Shown: piece by piece, positions 1 to 16,997 of the stretch
Numbering within the stretch: position 1 is the stretch's first letter
Layout: each line of letters opens with the position of its first letter
Assembly: GCF_009914755.1 (NCBI RefSeq)
Contig: NC_060925.1
DNA length: 64,000 nucleotides
Source of the DNA: the human T2T-CHM13v2.0 reference genome, Homo sapiens
Strand: one strand, 5' to 3'
The notes under the pieces: generated by a model
Database searches by the model: none
What the model was told of the DNA's origin: nothing
What the model saw: the letters and a program-made list of their open reading frames with translations, nothing else
Translations under genes and position numbers: made by a program

Positions 1-14
1 GTTAGAATTGAAAG

Positions 15-380
15 GCATGTCTTGCTCAATGTACACCAAACTAAAATTTTGATATTTACCCCAATCCTGCCATTCCACAGCTTTCCCTACCTTAGTAAAT
101 GATAAGTTTGAGATCATACTTGACTTTTCTCTTCGCTCACATCCTGAATCCAGTCTATTGCAAAACCTATTAACTCAGATTCCAATTTATATCTTGATTT
201 GACCATTTCTTACAACCTCCAATATTACCACACTGGAATAGTTGAACTATTGCCACATTGGAACACTTGAATATTACCACATTGGAACACTTCAATTATT
301 TCAAAAGCCTTCAAAAACCACCCCTTTATATATTTCCAAATGGATCATCAGAATAATACTATTAAAACGTAAGTTGCACA
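15..380 (+). mobile_element. L2 (L2a-like) LINE relic
   Basis: Degenerate match to the L2 3' ORF region (ttccctaccttagtaaatg...gagatcatacttgacttttctc...gaccatttcttacaacctcc); boundaries approximate. Confidence 0.6.
221..293. repeat. Three tandem copies of a 24-25 bp unit (AATATTACCACATTGGAACACTTG-like)
   Basis: Units at 221-244, 245-269 and 270-293 read directly. Confidence 0.85.
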
Positions 381-479
381 ACACTATTATTACCTTTCAA
401 TTTGGCAATCTGTTTTGATATTATTCAGATTAAAAGTAAAATTATATAGCTTTTGCTAAAATTAATGGCTGATAAGAAC

Positions 480-900
480 CACATCTAAAAACACTTTAGA
501 AACAATGAAAAAACAGAAGGCAGTGCTGAATGAAAATACTTGCCAGCCTGACACTCTATTACCAAAAAATTCTTAAAAATTAAAAATGCATTTTCAGACA
601 AACACAGACAGAATCCATCAGTAATAAAATTTCTTTAAAGTGTTTAATCAGATAGAAGGAAAGTGAACCATGAGAAAAACGTGGAGATATAGAAAGGAAT
701 GAAGGGCAAACATGTGGATAAATCTAAAGAAATATCAATATGAAAAAATGATCATTACTTATTTGAGAATTGAAAACATATTGCAAAATTAAAGAACATG
801 AAAAAAACTCACAAAATGTGAGAGGATTAAATGAACCTAAATATTAAATGTAACAAATTTGGTTCTAAATATGTGGATGAAATTTGAATATGGCTAACCA
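480..900 (+). mobile_element. Ancient L1M (L1ME/MD-like) ORF1 3' end and inter-ORF relic
   Basis: cattttcagacaaac...gaaggaaagtga...gaaaggaatgaag...ggataaatctaaa resembles old L1M ORF1 ends. Confidence 0.5.
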
Positions 901-1177
901 ATATTATTTACTGTGAATTGGCAACAAATTTTCCTGAAAAAAGTTGGAAGATAAAATAAAAATATTCTGTTTATGCTGCCATATACTGTTTTTCAGAGTT
1001 CATTTGGGAAATTTAAATTTTGGCATTGAAATAAAGAAAAAACTCACAAGAATTGATAGCTGTTTTAAAATAATATGTTCACATATTTTTATTATGTTAT
1101 CCTTGCTTTTCCAAGCTATTACAAGTGTCTTTAATCAGAAATGTATTTTGTTCACACAATACTGAAAGACATACAGT

Positions 1178-2178
1178 AAGGTGTAGAATACACATTCTTC
1201 TCCTCAGCATGTAGATCATTCTCCAGGATAGACGATACTTTAGGCCACAAAATAAATCTTAAAAACTATCAAAAAATTGAAACCACATCAAGTGTCTTCT
1301 CTGACCACAATGAAATAAAACTAGAAGTCAATAACAAGGGGAACTTTGGAGACTATCAAAACACATGAAAATTAGTCAGTATGCCCCTGAATGACCAGCG
1401 GATCAATGAAAAAGTTAAGAAGAAAACTTTAAAAATTCATGAAAAAAGTGATGAAAACACAACATACCAAAACCTATGGGAAACAACTAAAGTACTACTA
1501 AGAGAAAAGCTTGTACCAGTAGGTGCCTACATCAAAAACATAGAAAACCTTCAAATAAAAACCTAACAATACATCATAAAGAATTAGAAAGGCAAGAGCA
1601 AACTAAAATTAGTAGAAGACACAAATAAATAAAATCAGAGATAAAAAGGATACATTACATCTAACAGCACAGAAATTCAAAGGGCTATTATAGACTACTA
1701 TAAGCAACTATATACCAATAAATTGGAAAATCTAGAAGAAATTGATAAATTTCTAGACACATGCAACATACCAAGATTGAACCATGAACAAATCCAAAAT
1801 CTCAATACCAGTAACAAACAATGAGATTGAAGCTTTAATAAAAAGTCTCCAAAGTTTACCAAAGAAAAGTCTAGGAACCAATGGCTTCACTGCTGAATTT
1901 TACTGAACATTTAAAGAACTAATACCAATCATACAGAAACTCTTCTGAAAAATACAGGAGGAGAATATACTTCCAAATTTATTCTACAAGGCCAGTATTA
2001 CTCTGATTCCAAAACCAGATAAAGAAATTTCAAAAGAAAAGAAAATAAAACAAATGGCCAATATCCCTGATAAACATTGATGTAAAAATTCTCAACAAAT
2101 ATATTGAAATACTAAAAAAAAAATTAAACAACACATAAAAAAGATCAATCATCAGGACCTAGTAAGACTTATTCCCCA
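1178..2178 (+). mobile_element. Inverted ORF2 segment of the L1MA2-type element (EN 3' part, Z domain, start of RT)
   Basis: gaatacacattcttctcctcagca... and ORF 1381-1566 (ENTTYQNLWET) are ORF2; it starts where the minus-strand element breaks at about 2400; short internal deletion near 1620. Confidence 0.85.
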
Positions 2179-3521
2179 AATTTAATATAATACTAGCTAT
2201 GTGTCTGTCATATATGGTTTCTTTATGTTGATTATTTTCATTCCCTATCCAGTTTTTTAGGGTGTTTATCTTTAAGTGATGTGGAATATCATCAATAGCT
2301 TTGTCAGTATCAATTGGAAAGATCACATGGTTTTTGTCCCTCATTCTGTTGATATGATATATCATATTGATTTGCATATTTTGAAACATCCTTGAACAAC
2401 AGCCATTGGACAAAATGTGTGGAAAACATCTATTAGGGTCATTTGGCTTATAGTGCAGATTAATTTTGATGTTTCTTTCATGACTTTCTGAATGATCCAT
2501 CCAATGCTGAAAGTGAGGTGGTGGACTCTTCAGCCATTACTATATTGGTGTTTATCTGTCTCTTTAGCTCTAATATTTTCTTTATATATGTGGGTACTCC
2601 AGAGTTGAGTGTATACATATTTAAAATTGTTATAATGTCTTGCTGAATGGACCCCTTTATCATTATGTAATGACATTCTTTGTTTCTTCTCATAGTGTTG
2701 GTCTTGAAACCTATTTTTTTTTTCTGATATAAGAATAGCTGCTCCTGTTCTTTTAAGGTTTCCATTGGCATGGGATATTTTTTCCATCCTTCTATTTTCA
2801 GCTTATATGTGTCTTATAGGTGAACTGTGTTTCTTGTAGCCCAGAGATCACTGGGTCTTACTTTTTGTCCCTTCAGTCACTTTATGTCTTTTGATTGGAG
2901 AATTTATCTACATTCAATCTTATTATTAAAAAAATAAGGACTTATTCCTGCCATTTGTTATTTGTTTTCTGGTTGTCTTGTGGTCTTCTCTACTTTCCTT
3001 TCTTCCTGTTTTCTTTTTTCTGAAGGTGAGTTTCTCTGGTGTTACCTTTTATTTTATTGCATTTTATTGTTTGCCCATATGTTGTGGGTTTCTTGGTTTG
3101 AGGCTACCATGAGCCTTGGTAATACTATCTTATAATCCATTATTCTGAACTGACAACAGCTAATCACTGATTGCATAAATAAACAAACTGAAAATAAGCA
3201 ACAAGAAAATGAATAAAACTTCAGCACTTTAACTTTATCCCCGGGCTTTTTAATTTTCTATTGTTTGTCTTTATATCTTATTATACAATCTCTATTTGGA
3301 AAAATTGTAGTAGTTACTATTTTTGTTAGGTTCATCTCTTCTTGCTGCTTTTAGGATCCTTTCTTTATCCTTGATCTTTGAGAGTTTAATTATTAAACGC
3401 CTTCTGGTAGTCTTCTGGATTAAATCTGCTTGGTGTTCTATAACTTTCTTATTCTTTAATATTATATCTTTACCTATGTTTGGGGAGGTCTCTGTTATTA
3501 TTCCATTGAATAAACTTTCTA

Positions 3522-3825
<304 letters not shown>

Positions 3826-6082
3826 TAAATTTTTACCCCTTTCTCTTTCTCCACTTTTGACTGTTTATTTTCAAATAGCCTTGTCTTCAAGCTCACTAAT
3901 TCTTTCTTCTGCTTGATGTCTTCTGCTACTAAAGGACTCTGTTTATTCTTCAGTATGCCAACTGCGTTTTACAGCTCCAGAATTTCTGCTTCATTATTTT
4001 TAATTATTTCAATCTCTTTGTTAAATTTATCTTATAGAATTCTGAACTTCTCTGAGTTTTCTCAAATTTCTTTGAGTTTCCTCAACACAGCTACTTTGTA
4101 TTCTTCTTCTGAAAAGTCATACATCTCTGTTTCTCCAGTATTGCTCCCTCCCTACTGCCCTATTTAGTTAATTTTGTTAGGTCATATTTTCCAGGAGGGT
4201 GTTGATGCTAGTAGATGTTCTTCTGTGTCTGTGCATCAAGAGTTAGATATTTATTGTAAGCTTCATTCTCTGGGCCTATTTGTAGCCATCCTTCTTGGGA
4301 AGGCTTTCTAGATATTTGAAAGGACTTGAGTGTTGTGATCAAAGCTCTTTCTGCTATAGAGGGCATCCAAAGCTCAGTAACACTGTGGTTCTTGCAGACT
4401 CATAGAGGTACCATCTTGACAGTACTGTACAAGATCCAAAAGAATCCTCTGAATTACTAGGTAGTGGTTCTTGTTCTATTCTCTTACTTTCCACCCAACA
4501 TATGGAGTCTCTTTCTTTGTTCTGAGCTACCTAAAGATGCGGGTTGAGTGATACAAACCTCCCTGTGTCCACCACCACTGTGACTACACTGGGTCAGAGC
4601 TGAAGCCAGCACAGCAATGGGTCTTGCACAAGCCTGCCATAACCACTCCCTGGCTACTGCTTATATTTGCTCAAGGTCCTGGGTGTCTACAATGAGCAGT
4701 GACAAAGCCAATCAGGTCTGTTTACTTTCCTTCAGTGCAGCGGGTTCCCTCAGGCCATGGGTGGGCCCAGAAGTGTTGTCTGGGATCCAGAGACTGGAGT
4801 AAAAATCTTAGACATTTATCTGGTATTCTATTGTATTGCTGCTGAGCTGGCACTCAAACATCAAAACACAGTTCTTTCCACTATTCCCACCAGTTTTCAA
4901 AGGCAGAGGAGCCTCATCCCATAGCCACCACCACCCCCGGCTACAAGGAGTACTGCCAGACTACTAGCCAATATTCCCTTAAGGCCCAAGTGCTCCTAAG
5001 TCAGCTTGTAGTAAATGCTGCCTGGCCTGGGACTGAACCTTCAGGGTAGTGGGCTCCTCTGTGGCCCATGGCCAGTCCAGAATCCCATCCAAAAGTCAAG
5101 TTTTTTGAATCAGGAACCCTAAGAGCCAACTTGGTGCCCTACATCCCTGTGGCAGTGTTGGTTCCTAAGGTGCAAGACAAAGTCTCTTTTACTCTTCCTC
5201 TGCTTTTCTTAAGCACAAGGGCATTTTGTCTTGTACCCAACACAGCTCTTAATGGGCTGAGTCTCACCCGAAGCCAGTACATCTCAGAGGCTCACTCAAG
5301 GCTCTCAATGTAGTACCTGGGTATTGCTGCTGGTTATTCAGGACCCAAGTACTCTTCAGTTAGCAGGTGATGGATGCTGCTAGGACTGGGTCTTTTCCTT
5401 CAAGGCAGCAGCTTCCCTTTTGGCTCAGCGTGTGTTTCGAAATGTTGCCTGGGAGCTAGAGCCTGGAATGAGGGCCTTAGGACTCTGATCGGTGCCCTGT
5501 CCTGCTGTGGCTGAGATGGTTTCCAAGATGCAAGACAAGGTCCTCCCCACTTTCCCCTCTCCTTTCTTCAAGAGGAGAAAGAAGCCTCTTTTACATGCGC
5601 CCTCACCTCCGCGCATCTGTCTCACCTCACTGTCTCTGGGCCTAGTTCAGCCTAAGACTAGCCTAAGAGTTGCAGTCCTTATGGCCTAGACTGATTTTCA
5701 AGTTTGCTTAGAGACTGAGATCAATTCAGCCCTTGGTTGGGAGGTTTGCAGGCCCTCAAGTTTGAACCACTCAGATTGGCGATTCCCCTCTGGCTAGGGC
5801 TGAATTAAATGCCTCTGTGGGTGGGTGTCAGCTGAGGCTGGTCTGGTATTTCTTTCTGCTCCAAAAAGACAACACTGAATTCAATGTCTCACAATTGCTG
5901 GGTTCTCCCTCCCCAGCACCCAGAAATGTTATCTGCGTTACATGGCTACTCCTAGGCATGGAGGAAGAAAAAATGGCCTCTGCAATTCAGGACTATTTTT
6001 TCTATCTCTTATTTCCCCTTTCAGTGATATAAAATTAAAACCAGCTATTGTGAGTACTCACCTGATTTTTGGTTCTTATGAA

Positions 6083-6085
<3 letters not shown>

Positions 6086-6119
<34 letters not shown>
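6086..6119. repeat. (TG)n microsatellite within the L1 5'UTR
   Basis: Direct read. Confidence 0.95.
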
Positions 6120-6124
<5 letters not shown>

Positions 6125-6224
6125 ATTGCTAACTTAGTGTTCATATGGAGGTTGTGAAGGTGAGATGATCAGTGGAGCTTTCTATTCCACCATCTTGCTC
6201 TGCCTCCTCCAGGGGGGACTCTCC

Positions 6225-6380
6225 TTCCTATGATGTTTACATCGGGTATTGTGATTGTTCACCTGGTTTTTGGTTCTTATGAAGGTGCTGTCTTCTGTGG
6301 ATAATTGTCATTTTTGATGTTCCTGTGGAGGGGACAATCACTGGAGAGCTCTATTTGGTTATCTTGTCCCATCTCCTTCA
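6225..6380 (-). mobile_element. Second, diverged copy of the L1MA 5'-terminal segment
   Basis: CACCTGRTTTTTGGTTCTTATGAA at both 6059-6082 and 6260-6283, with continued similarity to the end of each unit. Confidence 0.7.
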
Positions 6381-6428
6381 GGATTATTTACTCTTAGAAA
6401 TAATTAAATTGAAATTTTACCTTCTTAT

Positions 6429-6853
6429 CGTAAGAATGATTCTATAGAAGGAGCAAACACAGAAGGACTCTCAGCTCAAATTTAGTTTGAATGAAGAAGC
6501 TAATGATGTCACACACACATTGTGAGTAAAAGGATAGATTGAGTAGTTACATAACTACTTTGAGAGTTTGATGAGAAAATGACAGGTTTTTCAAACTGGT
6601 CTGAAAAATTGCTTGAGAGGGCAAATAAAGGAGACTGTATTGGAATTTTGCTTTGGTTAGGGGATGGGGACCCAAGGTGCAAGTTCCTGCATATAGGAAG
6701 GGGCTTATTGTGAATCTACAACTGGTGTCATGAAGGGAGGACTAAGACTTTCTTATCAGCTTGACCTTATGTGGAGCAGAATGGGAAATGAAGCAGTGGG
6801 ACTTAAAGCAAACAGTAAACATACAAAAAAATGGAGTCAAATCCTTTTTTACA
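6429..6853 (-). mobile_element. Old ERV solo LTR (probably ERVL class; subfamily uncertain)
   Basis: About 425 bp with (C/T)GT...ACA ends; the minus strand begins TGTAAAAAAGGATTTGACTCCATTTTT, as in LTRs I recall. Confidence 0.5.
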
Positions 6854-6919
6854 CATAGCTAGAAAAAATTGCAAATCAAACCATACTTGCAAAAATATTT
6901 AAATTCCCAATTTATTATT

Positions 6920-7060
6920 TTACCATGTGATCTTTACAAAATTCTTAGCTCCTTTAATCTCATCCCCTCAGTCAGTAATATGGAACTAATAATGCCTCTG
7001 TAGCAGTTTTCATGAGGGCCAATTAAACTTCCCATGTAGAAAAGTGCCACTTAACGAGTA
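6920..7060 (+). mobile_element. MIR SINE
   Basis: Degenerate core tgtgatcttt...aatctcatcccctcagtcagtaatatggaactaataat. Confidence 0.6.
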
Positions 7061-7299
7061 ATATATGTTACTTCAATTACATTTTCTGTTAAATGTTGCC
7101 AAGAGAATTTTTTTAAGCAATTCAGCGTCATTTAGATCCTTAGAGCAGAGATGGCTAGTTATTACCAATCCTAGTCCTCTTCCATACCAACGAAACCTTT
7201 CATTTAATGAATTCAGAAAACAAATATGTATGGCACACATAATATTTACTATGAAATATTTTTGCTCTTGCAATATTAGAATTCAGTAATAAAAATATT

Positions 7300-8440
7300 T
7301 TTTAAAAGTCTCTTCCCTTATAGAACTTACTAGGGTAGTAGACCAACAATAAACTATATATATATATATATATGTATTATATATGTATCATATATATAAC
7401 ATGTATATCATCATATATAACATATATCTATCATATATATGTGTTTGTGTATATGTATATATGTATACATATATGTATATATATACAAACACACATATGT
7501 ATACTATAGTGTATTGAAATAAATTTAGTATATTAGAAATTAATGTTATGAAAAAATATTAAAATTAACAAGAAATGCTAAAGTGTTGTGGGGATGAGGT
7601 TTTAGTGCTGAATAACATAAACAAAGCAGTCCTGATTGAGGAAGTAATACCTGAGCAAAGACATGACAGATCCAAGTGGATAACTAGGCTAAAGCATGCA
7701 ACTCAAGCAGAGGGGCAGATGAATAAATGTTTGAAGGTACGTCAGAACAGCAAGGAAGTTAGTGTGTTTGGAGTCCTAAGGCAATCAGTAAAAGAGAGAT
7801 ATGTCAATGAGGTAGTGGAGGGGGCAGCTTAGAAAGGGTATTTGGCTTTAATTATTAGTGCAATGAAGAGCCACATTGGAGTTTTGAATAGAAGAGATAA
7901 ATTATCAGAATTACAATTTATAAGTTCTACTCAGTTAATATGTTGAGAATAGCTTGCAGAGTGACAAGGTTCAAACAGATAGAAGACAATTGCAATAGTT
8001 CAATTCAAAGATGGTTCTGGCTCAGACATAGGTGTAGCAACGAAGGTGATGAGAAATAATTTCATTTGGGGTATATTTCGAAGGAAAGACCAAAAAGAAT
8101 TTAACCTGAATTAGAAAAGATTAAAGAAAGGTTCCTTGGTTCAATGACCAAGTTACTGAGATGTAGAATAGATGAATCATGTTTTGGAAAAAAAAAGATG
8201 GACATAATTAGTTCTGAATATGTAGAGTTTAAAATATTTACTAGACAACAATGCACAGCCTTAATGTAGGAAATGGATATAGCAAGCTGGTGCTCCAGAG
8301 AGAAGTCTAAGTTAGAGATACAAATATAATATTTTTTGGAATATAGATAGTATGTGTATCCTTGAGACAGTATGAGATCATTAAGCTGTGCCTTTCAACA
8401 AAAAAAGGAAACAAAGCCAAGATCTAGGGCACACCAACTT
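7300..8440 (-). mobile_element. L2a LINE relic containing a TA-rich simple repeat (7355-7505)
   Basis: gaggaagtaatacctgagcaaagac, gaacagcaaggaag and gagttttgaatagaagag are typical L2 antisense motifs. Confidence 0.7.
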
Positions 8441-8449
8441 TAAACAGGA

Positions 8450-8893
8450 AGGTGATGCTTACATTTTTAGCTGAATACACTGTCACTCAGGGTAAAATCT
8501 TCCTGCAGCTTGATGTAAATATGATCAAATACTCGTTATAGGAGTTTAAATTGGATGGGTTATTTTACACCTTGAGTGAAGACCCTGCAACAGATGTAAA
8601 AATCTTTTTAATTTTCTATTTTCTGCTCTTCCATCTTGCTACCAAAGATAAAGTATGATGGCTGTACCTTTAGATATTACCTTGGACTTGTGGGGCAGCA
8701 TGGAATTTGGAAATGGCCAATTGAATACCAGAGAATGCCTGGATTTTCAGGGACTTTTTTGAAATTGTACTATCATACTAGCTCTGGACTGCTTTCTTCC
8801 AGATTTTTATACAAGATATAAATATTTTGTCTTGCTTCAGCCCATGTAATTTTGTATCTTCATTATTTCCAGCTGAAATTAATACTAAGTGAT
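8450..8893 (+). mobile_element. MLT1 (J/K-like) MaLR LTR
   Basis: 3' end catactagctctggactgc...tcttgcttcagcc...cagctgaaattaatactaagtgata. Confidence 0.55.
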
Positions 8894-8956
8894 AGATTTC
8901 CATAACAGAAACAGATGGTAATGTACCCCTTATTTTTATTCTTCTTTTTTTGACCC

Positions 8957-12744
<3,788 letters not shown>

Positions 12745-14375
12745 TCAATTTAGATTGTGTAGTACTATCTGAAATATTATTTTGAAAAGTATTTCTATTT
12801 TTGTTTTTTCTTCCATGTGTAAAATGAATAGCTATTCCTTATTTAATAGCAAATGATATTAAAAATGTGTATGACAGCATTGAAGCAATCATGGAGCACT
12901 CGTAGAGTAGATAAGTTGCCAAGAGTTTTTGACAGCACAAATTTTAGAAAGGCATTATAAACAGAATCTATGCATGAGTATATATTTTAAAATGATAAAG
13001 CTTTTTAGTGCTGCTTTTCTAAAATATTTAAGAGTAAAATTTTTGGAAGTACCCTTTCGTTCACCTCCTGGAAAATTCAGTAAGGCAGCCTTAAGGTAGC
13101 CTTATTACCTCTTGGAACTATTAAGCTGAGCAAAATTTTAAAACAACAGGTAGGAGTTTTAGTGGATGAAGTTTGAAAATGTACTGAGACAGTTTTTTTT
13201 TTTTAATGCATGTTTTGGCCATATTAGCAATAGCAGGAAATCATTCTAGGTAATTAAAAAAAAGTTGCCATTGAGACTATGATATTTGAGACTTCTTTTT
13301 TCTTGAATAGAATGAACAATCCGCTAAGTGTGTTTAAGTTTTTTGTTAAACCCTCGGCAAATAAAATCATGGCTTTGCCTGTAAAAAGCACTGATGAATA
13401 AATGTCTCTTTTTCTTCAAAGACCGTGCTTGTTGTAAATGAGAATCCAGATACACAATTACCTGTGATTCAAGAAGGCAGCTGCAAATATATGACACCAC
13501 TGATGCATCTGCAGAAGAAAAAAAAAAAAGCAGATGCTATGATTTTTATTTAGACTCCTTTCAACGAAGAGATGAGACCCAATAGGAAGAAAAGTCACTA
13601 GACAATTAATAAACATTACTTTTCATCTTACTGCTTTACTTTTATTGCCTCATCCTTTATAGTTTTATGGGTTTGTTCTTGCCAGCCTAATCTTTCCCTC
13701 CTGTAATTTGGGGTTGATTTAAAATCAGCTTTCCTGTGGCTTTTTTAAGCTAGGGAGTTCTCCGTTAATAGTGTGCTTGCCTAGCATTTTTCCTATATCC
13801 TTTACAGCTCTATTTAAGAGTTAAAAAACTGGGTTATAAAATTGAAATATGTTAATATAAAAATGAAGAAAAGGATTTGTCTTAGTATATTAAGAAGATT
13901 AAGCAATGGTAAGAGAGTTCTAGATCATCTAGACTTTAGCTTTTGCTTGTTGGGGCTGCTCCCACATCTCCATAAAGACACCAGATGACAGCCCTTCTGC
14001 AAGGTCAGGTTATTCTGTCACTGCAAGTGAAAAGCATGGAAGAGATTTATTAGGCAGCAACGTGCATCTATGTGTTTTATCTTTCTCCAATATAAATACC
14101 TAGGAGATGCTTGAAGCAGTATTTAAAAGGAGTTGTAATGAATTATAAATGATGATAAATCTGAACTGATTTCAAAGTGATGGGCTTTTAACATTTAAAA
14201 ATTTTACCATGGAGGTTGCCTTTTGTTACTTAGCTCTTTTAAGCTTAAATATATAACACATTATGCAAAACTGATATTCAGGGGAATTGATTAAAACAAC
14301 AGAAATATTATAAGAATAAAATATAAAGATAGAATATTTTATTGAAAAACATAATAAAAATTAACATGTACATAC

Positions 14376-14668
14376 TTTTTTTTTTAGATGAAGATTTACA
14401 TCTCATCACCCATGCTGGAGTTCAATGGCCCGATCTCGGCTCACTGCAACCTCCACCTCTCGGGTTCAAGTGATTCTACTGTCTCAGCCTCCGCAGAGCT
14501 GGGATTATAAGTGCCTGCCACCAAGCCTGGTTAATTTTCATTTTTTTAGTAGAGACGGGTTTTTCACCATGTTGGCCAGGCTGGTCTCGAATTCCTGACC
14601 TAAGTTGATCCACCTGCCTTGGCCTTCCAATGTGCTAGGATTACAAGCGTGAGTCACCAGACCTGATC
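14376..14668 (-). mobile_element. AluS element
   Basis: Full dimer; degenerate TSD ACATGTACATACT / ACATACACACACT. Confidence 0.93.
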
Positions 14669-15089
14669 ACATACACACACTATTTATCCATGTAGATTTA
14701 TCTTATATATAAAAATTTAATTGTTGAATAAAGGGCATATTTACTTTTGATAAATTACAGATTATTATTACCTTTTTTATGTAAGGTAGATCGTTACTCC
14801 AAAAAAACTTCACATTTTTAATATCAGAAAGCTATACATATCTATATGATCTTGCTTATTATTTTGGCATTGGGTGTCTCATGTGCATAACCAAAAATAA
14901 TAAATATTTTAGAATTTTATGAAGTATATATCCTTGTTTAAATTTCTCCAAGAGTTAAAAAGGAAGTAGAATATAACACCAATTTTTGAATGTGTATTAT
15001 TTAACTAGATAGGCAAATTTAATAGTAATAAATTATTGATTTCAGATATAACTAGAAGTTAGATGAATTATAAACCTTATAAAACACAA

Positions 15090-15270
15090 AGCTTATGAAA
15101 TTCCACAATTCTGGCACTTATTTTCTAACCTCAGTTTCCATATTTATAGAATGAAAATTATAATCATAGTCTCTAGCTATCAGAGTTACTGTAAAAATTA
15201 AATGGAATTTTGTGTAAATACACTAGTATATCTCCTAGCATATAGTAAAGTAAATATTTGCTATTAGATA
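15090..15270 (+). mobile_element. MIR SINE, followed by an L2 3' fragment (minus) to about 15430
   Basis: Core cctcagtttccatatttatagaatgaaaattataat; tail cctagcatatagtaaagtaaatatttgctatt. Confidence 0.7.
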
Positions 15271-16863
15271 ATGATTTATTTCTTCTCACTTCTTTTATAT
15301 TTAAAATAAATGTATTGCCTCCAATGTGTCAGACACTATTTTCAACAAGAAAGGGAAAGTTCTTACCTAGACCAAGTTCTTACTTATACAGTGGTTACAT
15401 TGCTGTGAAGAGAAAGAGAAATAGAGAATATTAAAGAAAGTATCAATGTCTTTATACTTAATTTATATGTATCTCTTTGGACCCTGACAAAGAATAATAC
15501 ATTAAGTGTCAGGAAGGTAAAGAAGGGTAAATTTATTAGAAACAGTTACATTGGTGCTTTGTGGAATGGAGCTGTTAGAACATGTTTCCATTCACAGTAA
15601 GTAAACACATTATTTTGATCTATACACTTTAGTATTTCAGTAAGAAGTTTAGTTAAGATCGCCATGTTTTATTTAAATACTTCATCATTGGATTATCATT
15701 TTGATATATATCTGTGTTGTTGCTATGTCTATAACACTATTTTAAATCTAGTGAAAATGGATAAAACATTCTGATTAACTTTAAAATATTTAAATAAAGC
15801 ATAATATACATAAGAAGATGCCTAAAACGTGATAAGTAAATAAAAACTATGCATTTTGCTTTACTTTTTATCCGATTGCCCATTTATAGTACTTAAAAAT
15901 CTTATTTTTATAGTATCATGTGCATCATAGGCCATGCAGAACATGATGGTACAATAGTGTTGTTCAATCATCAAAGGTCCCTAATGGGAATAGGGGTCCA
16001 TGTTAAAGATTGCAAAGATCAGGAATTAAATGATGTCTCATTTGCCTATTTCTACTTTTAAATTTGCAGGCTCTTCCTATAGAACTGGTGCTTAAGATGT
16101 TAAAGGTGGGTATGTGGTAATGTGGATGCCACACTGGCCTCATTTTCAACTGACAAGTAAACTTTGTTTTTTGGTCAATAAAGTATTCAGTTTAGTGTTA
16201 ATCTTCTCTTTTTGCATAGAATGATATATGTGTTTAATTTCTAGTTCTTTTTCTATAAAGACAACATTCCAGAAGGTATTTGGAAGTGTATAGTGGATAC
16301 AATTTACTAATTTTTAATTCTATATAAATTTAATAAAAACTTCCAAATTTAGTTTAGAGGAGTTATAGACATACTTAAAGACCCAATTTTCTTACGTTGG
16401 GGGAGTGAAAGAATAGAGGAGAATAACTCAATACAGAGAGGGAGAGTCACAAGGCTTTAGACAGTATCAGCAAATGATAGGATGAGAGAAATAATGTCAA
16501 AGAACTATGGTAGTGTTTAAATCAGTTATGATACATTTTATTTATTATTACATAGAAAAGTGTCAAACTCACTAACTCTATAGGAGTAGAGGATCCATTG
16601 TACAGGATCAAATAAAACTACATTTAAAATGTGGGTGTCGATTGGAGAAATGAAATGGAATACAAATTACCTACTCAAATCTATCTAATTGGAAAGGATG
16701 ATCAAATCAATCTAAAATTTACATTAATGTAATTATACTATTTAAAAGTAAGCATTCTGATTACTGTTTTACCTTATTTTCTAAAACACTAAATATAGAA
16801 CACAGAAGATCATGTGAATTTCTCATTTTGCTTATATACTAATTATATTTATCAGAAATTGTT

Positions 16864-16997
16864 GGCCAGGTGTGCTGGCTCATGCCTGTAATCCCAGCAG
16901 GTGGGGAGGCTGAGGCAGGAGGATTGCTTAAGCCTGGGAGTTCAAGACTAGTCTAGGCAACAAACAGAGACCCCCATCTCCAAAGAAAGAAAGAAAA
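16864..16997 (+). mobile_element. FLAM_C / free left Alu monomer
   Basis: Single left arm with GGAGGATTGCTT and an A-rich tail; TSD AGAAATTG at 16854 and 16998. Confidence 0.88.

Noticed and set aside
915-1160. MER58-like DNA transposon fragment
   Set aside because: Similarity is too weak to call by eye.
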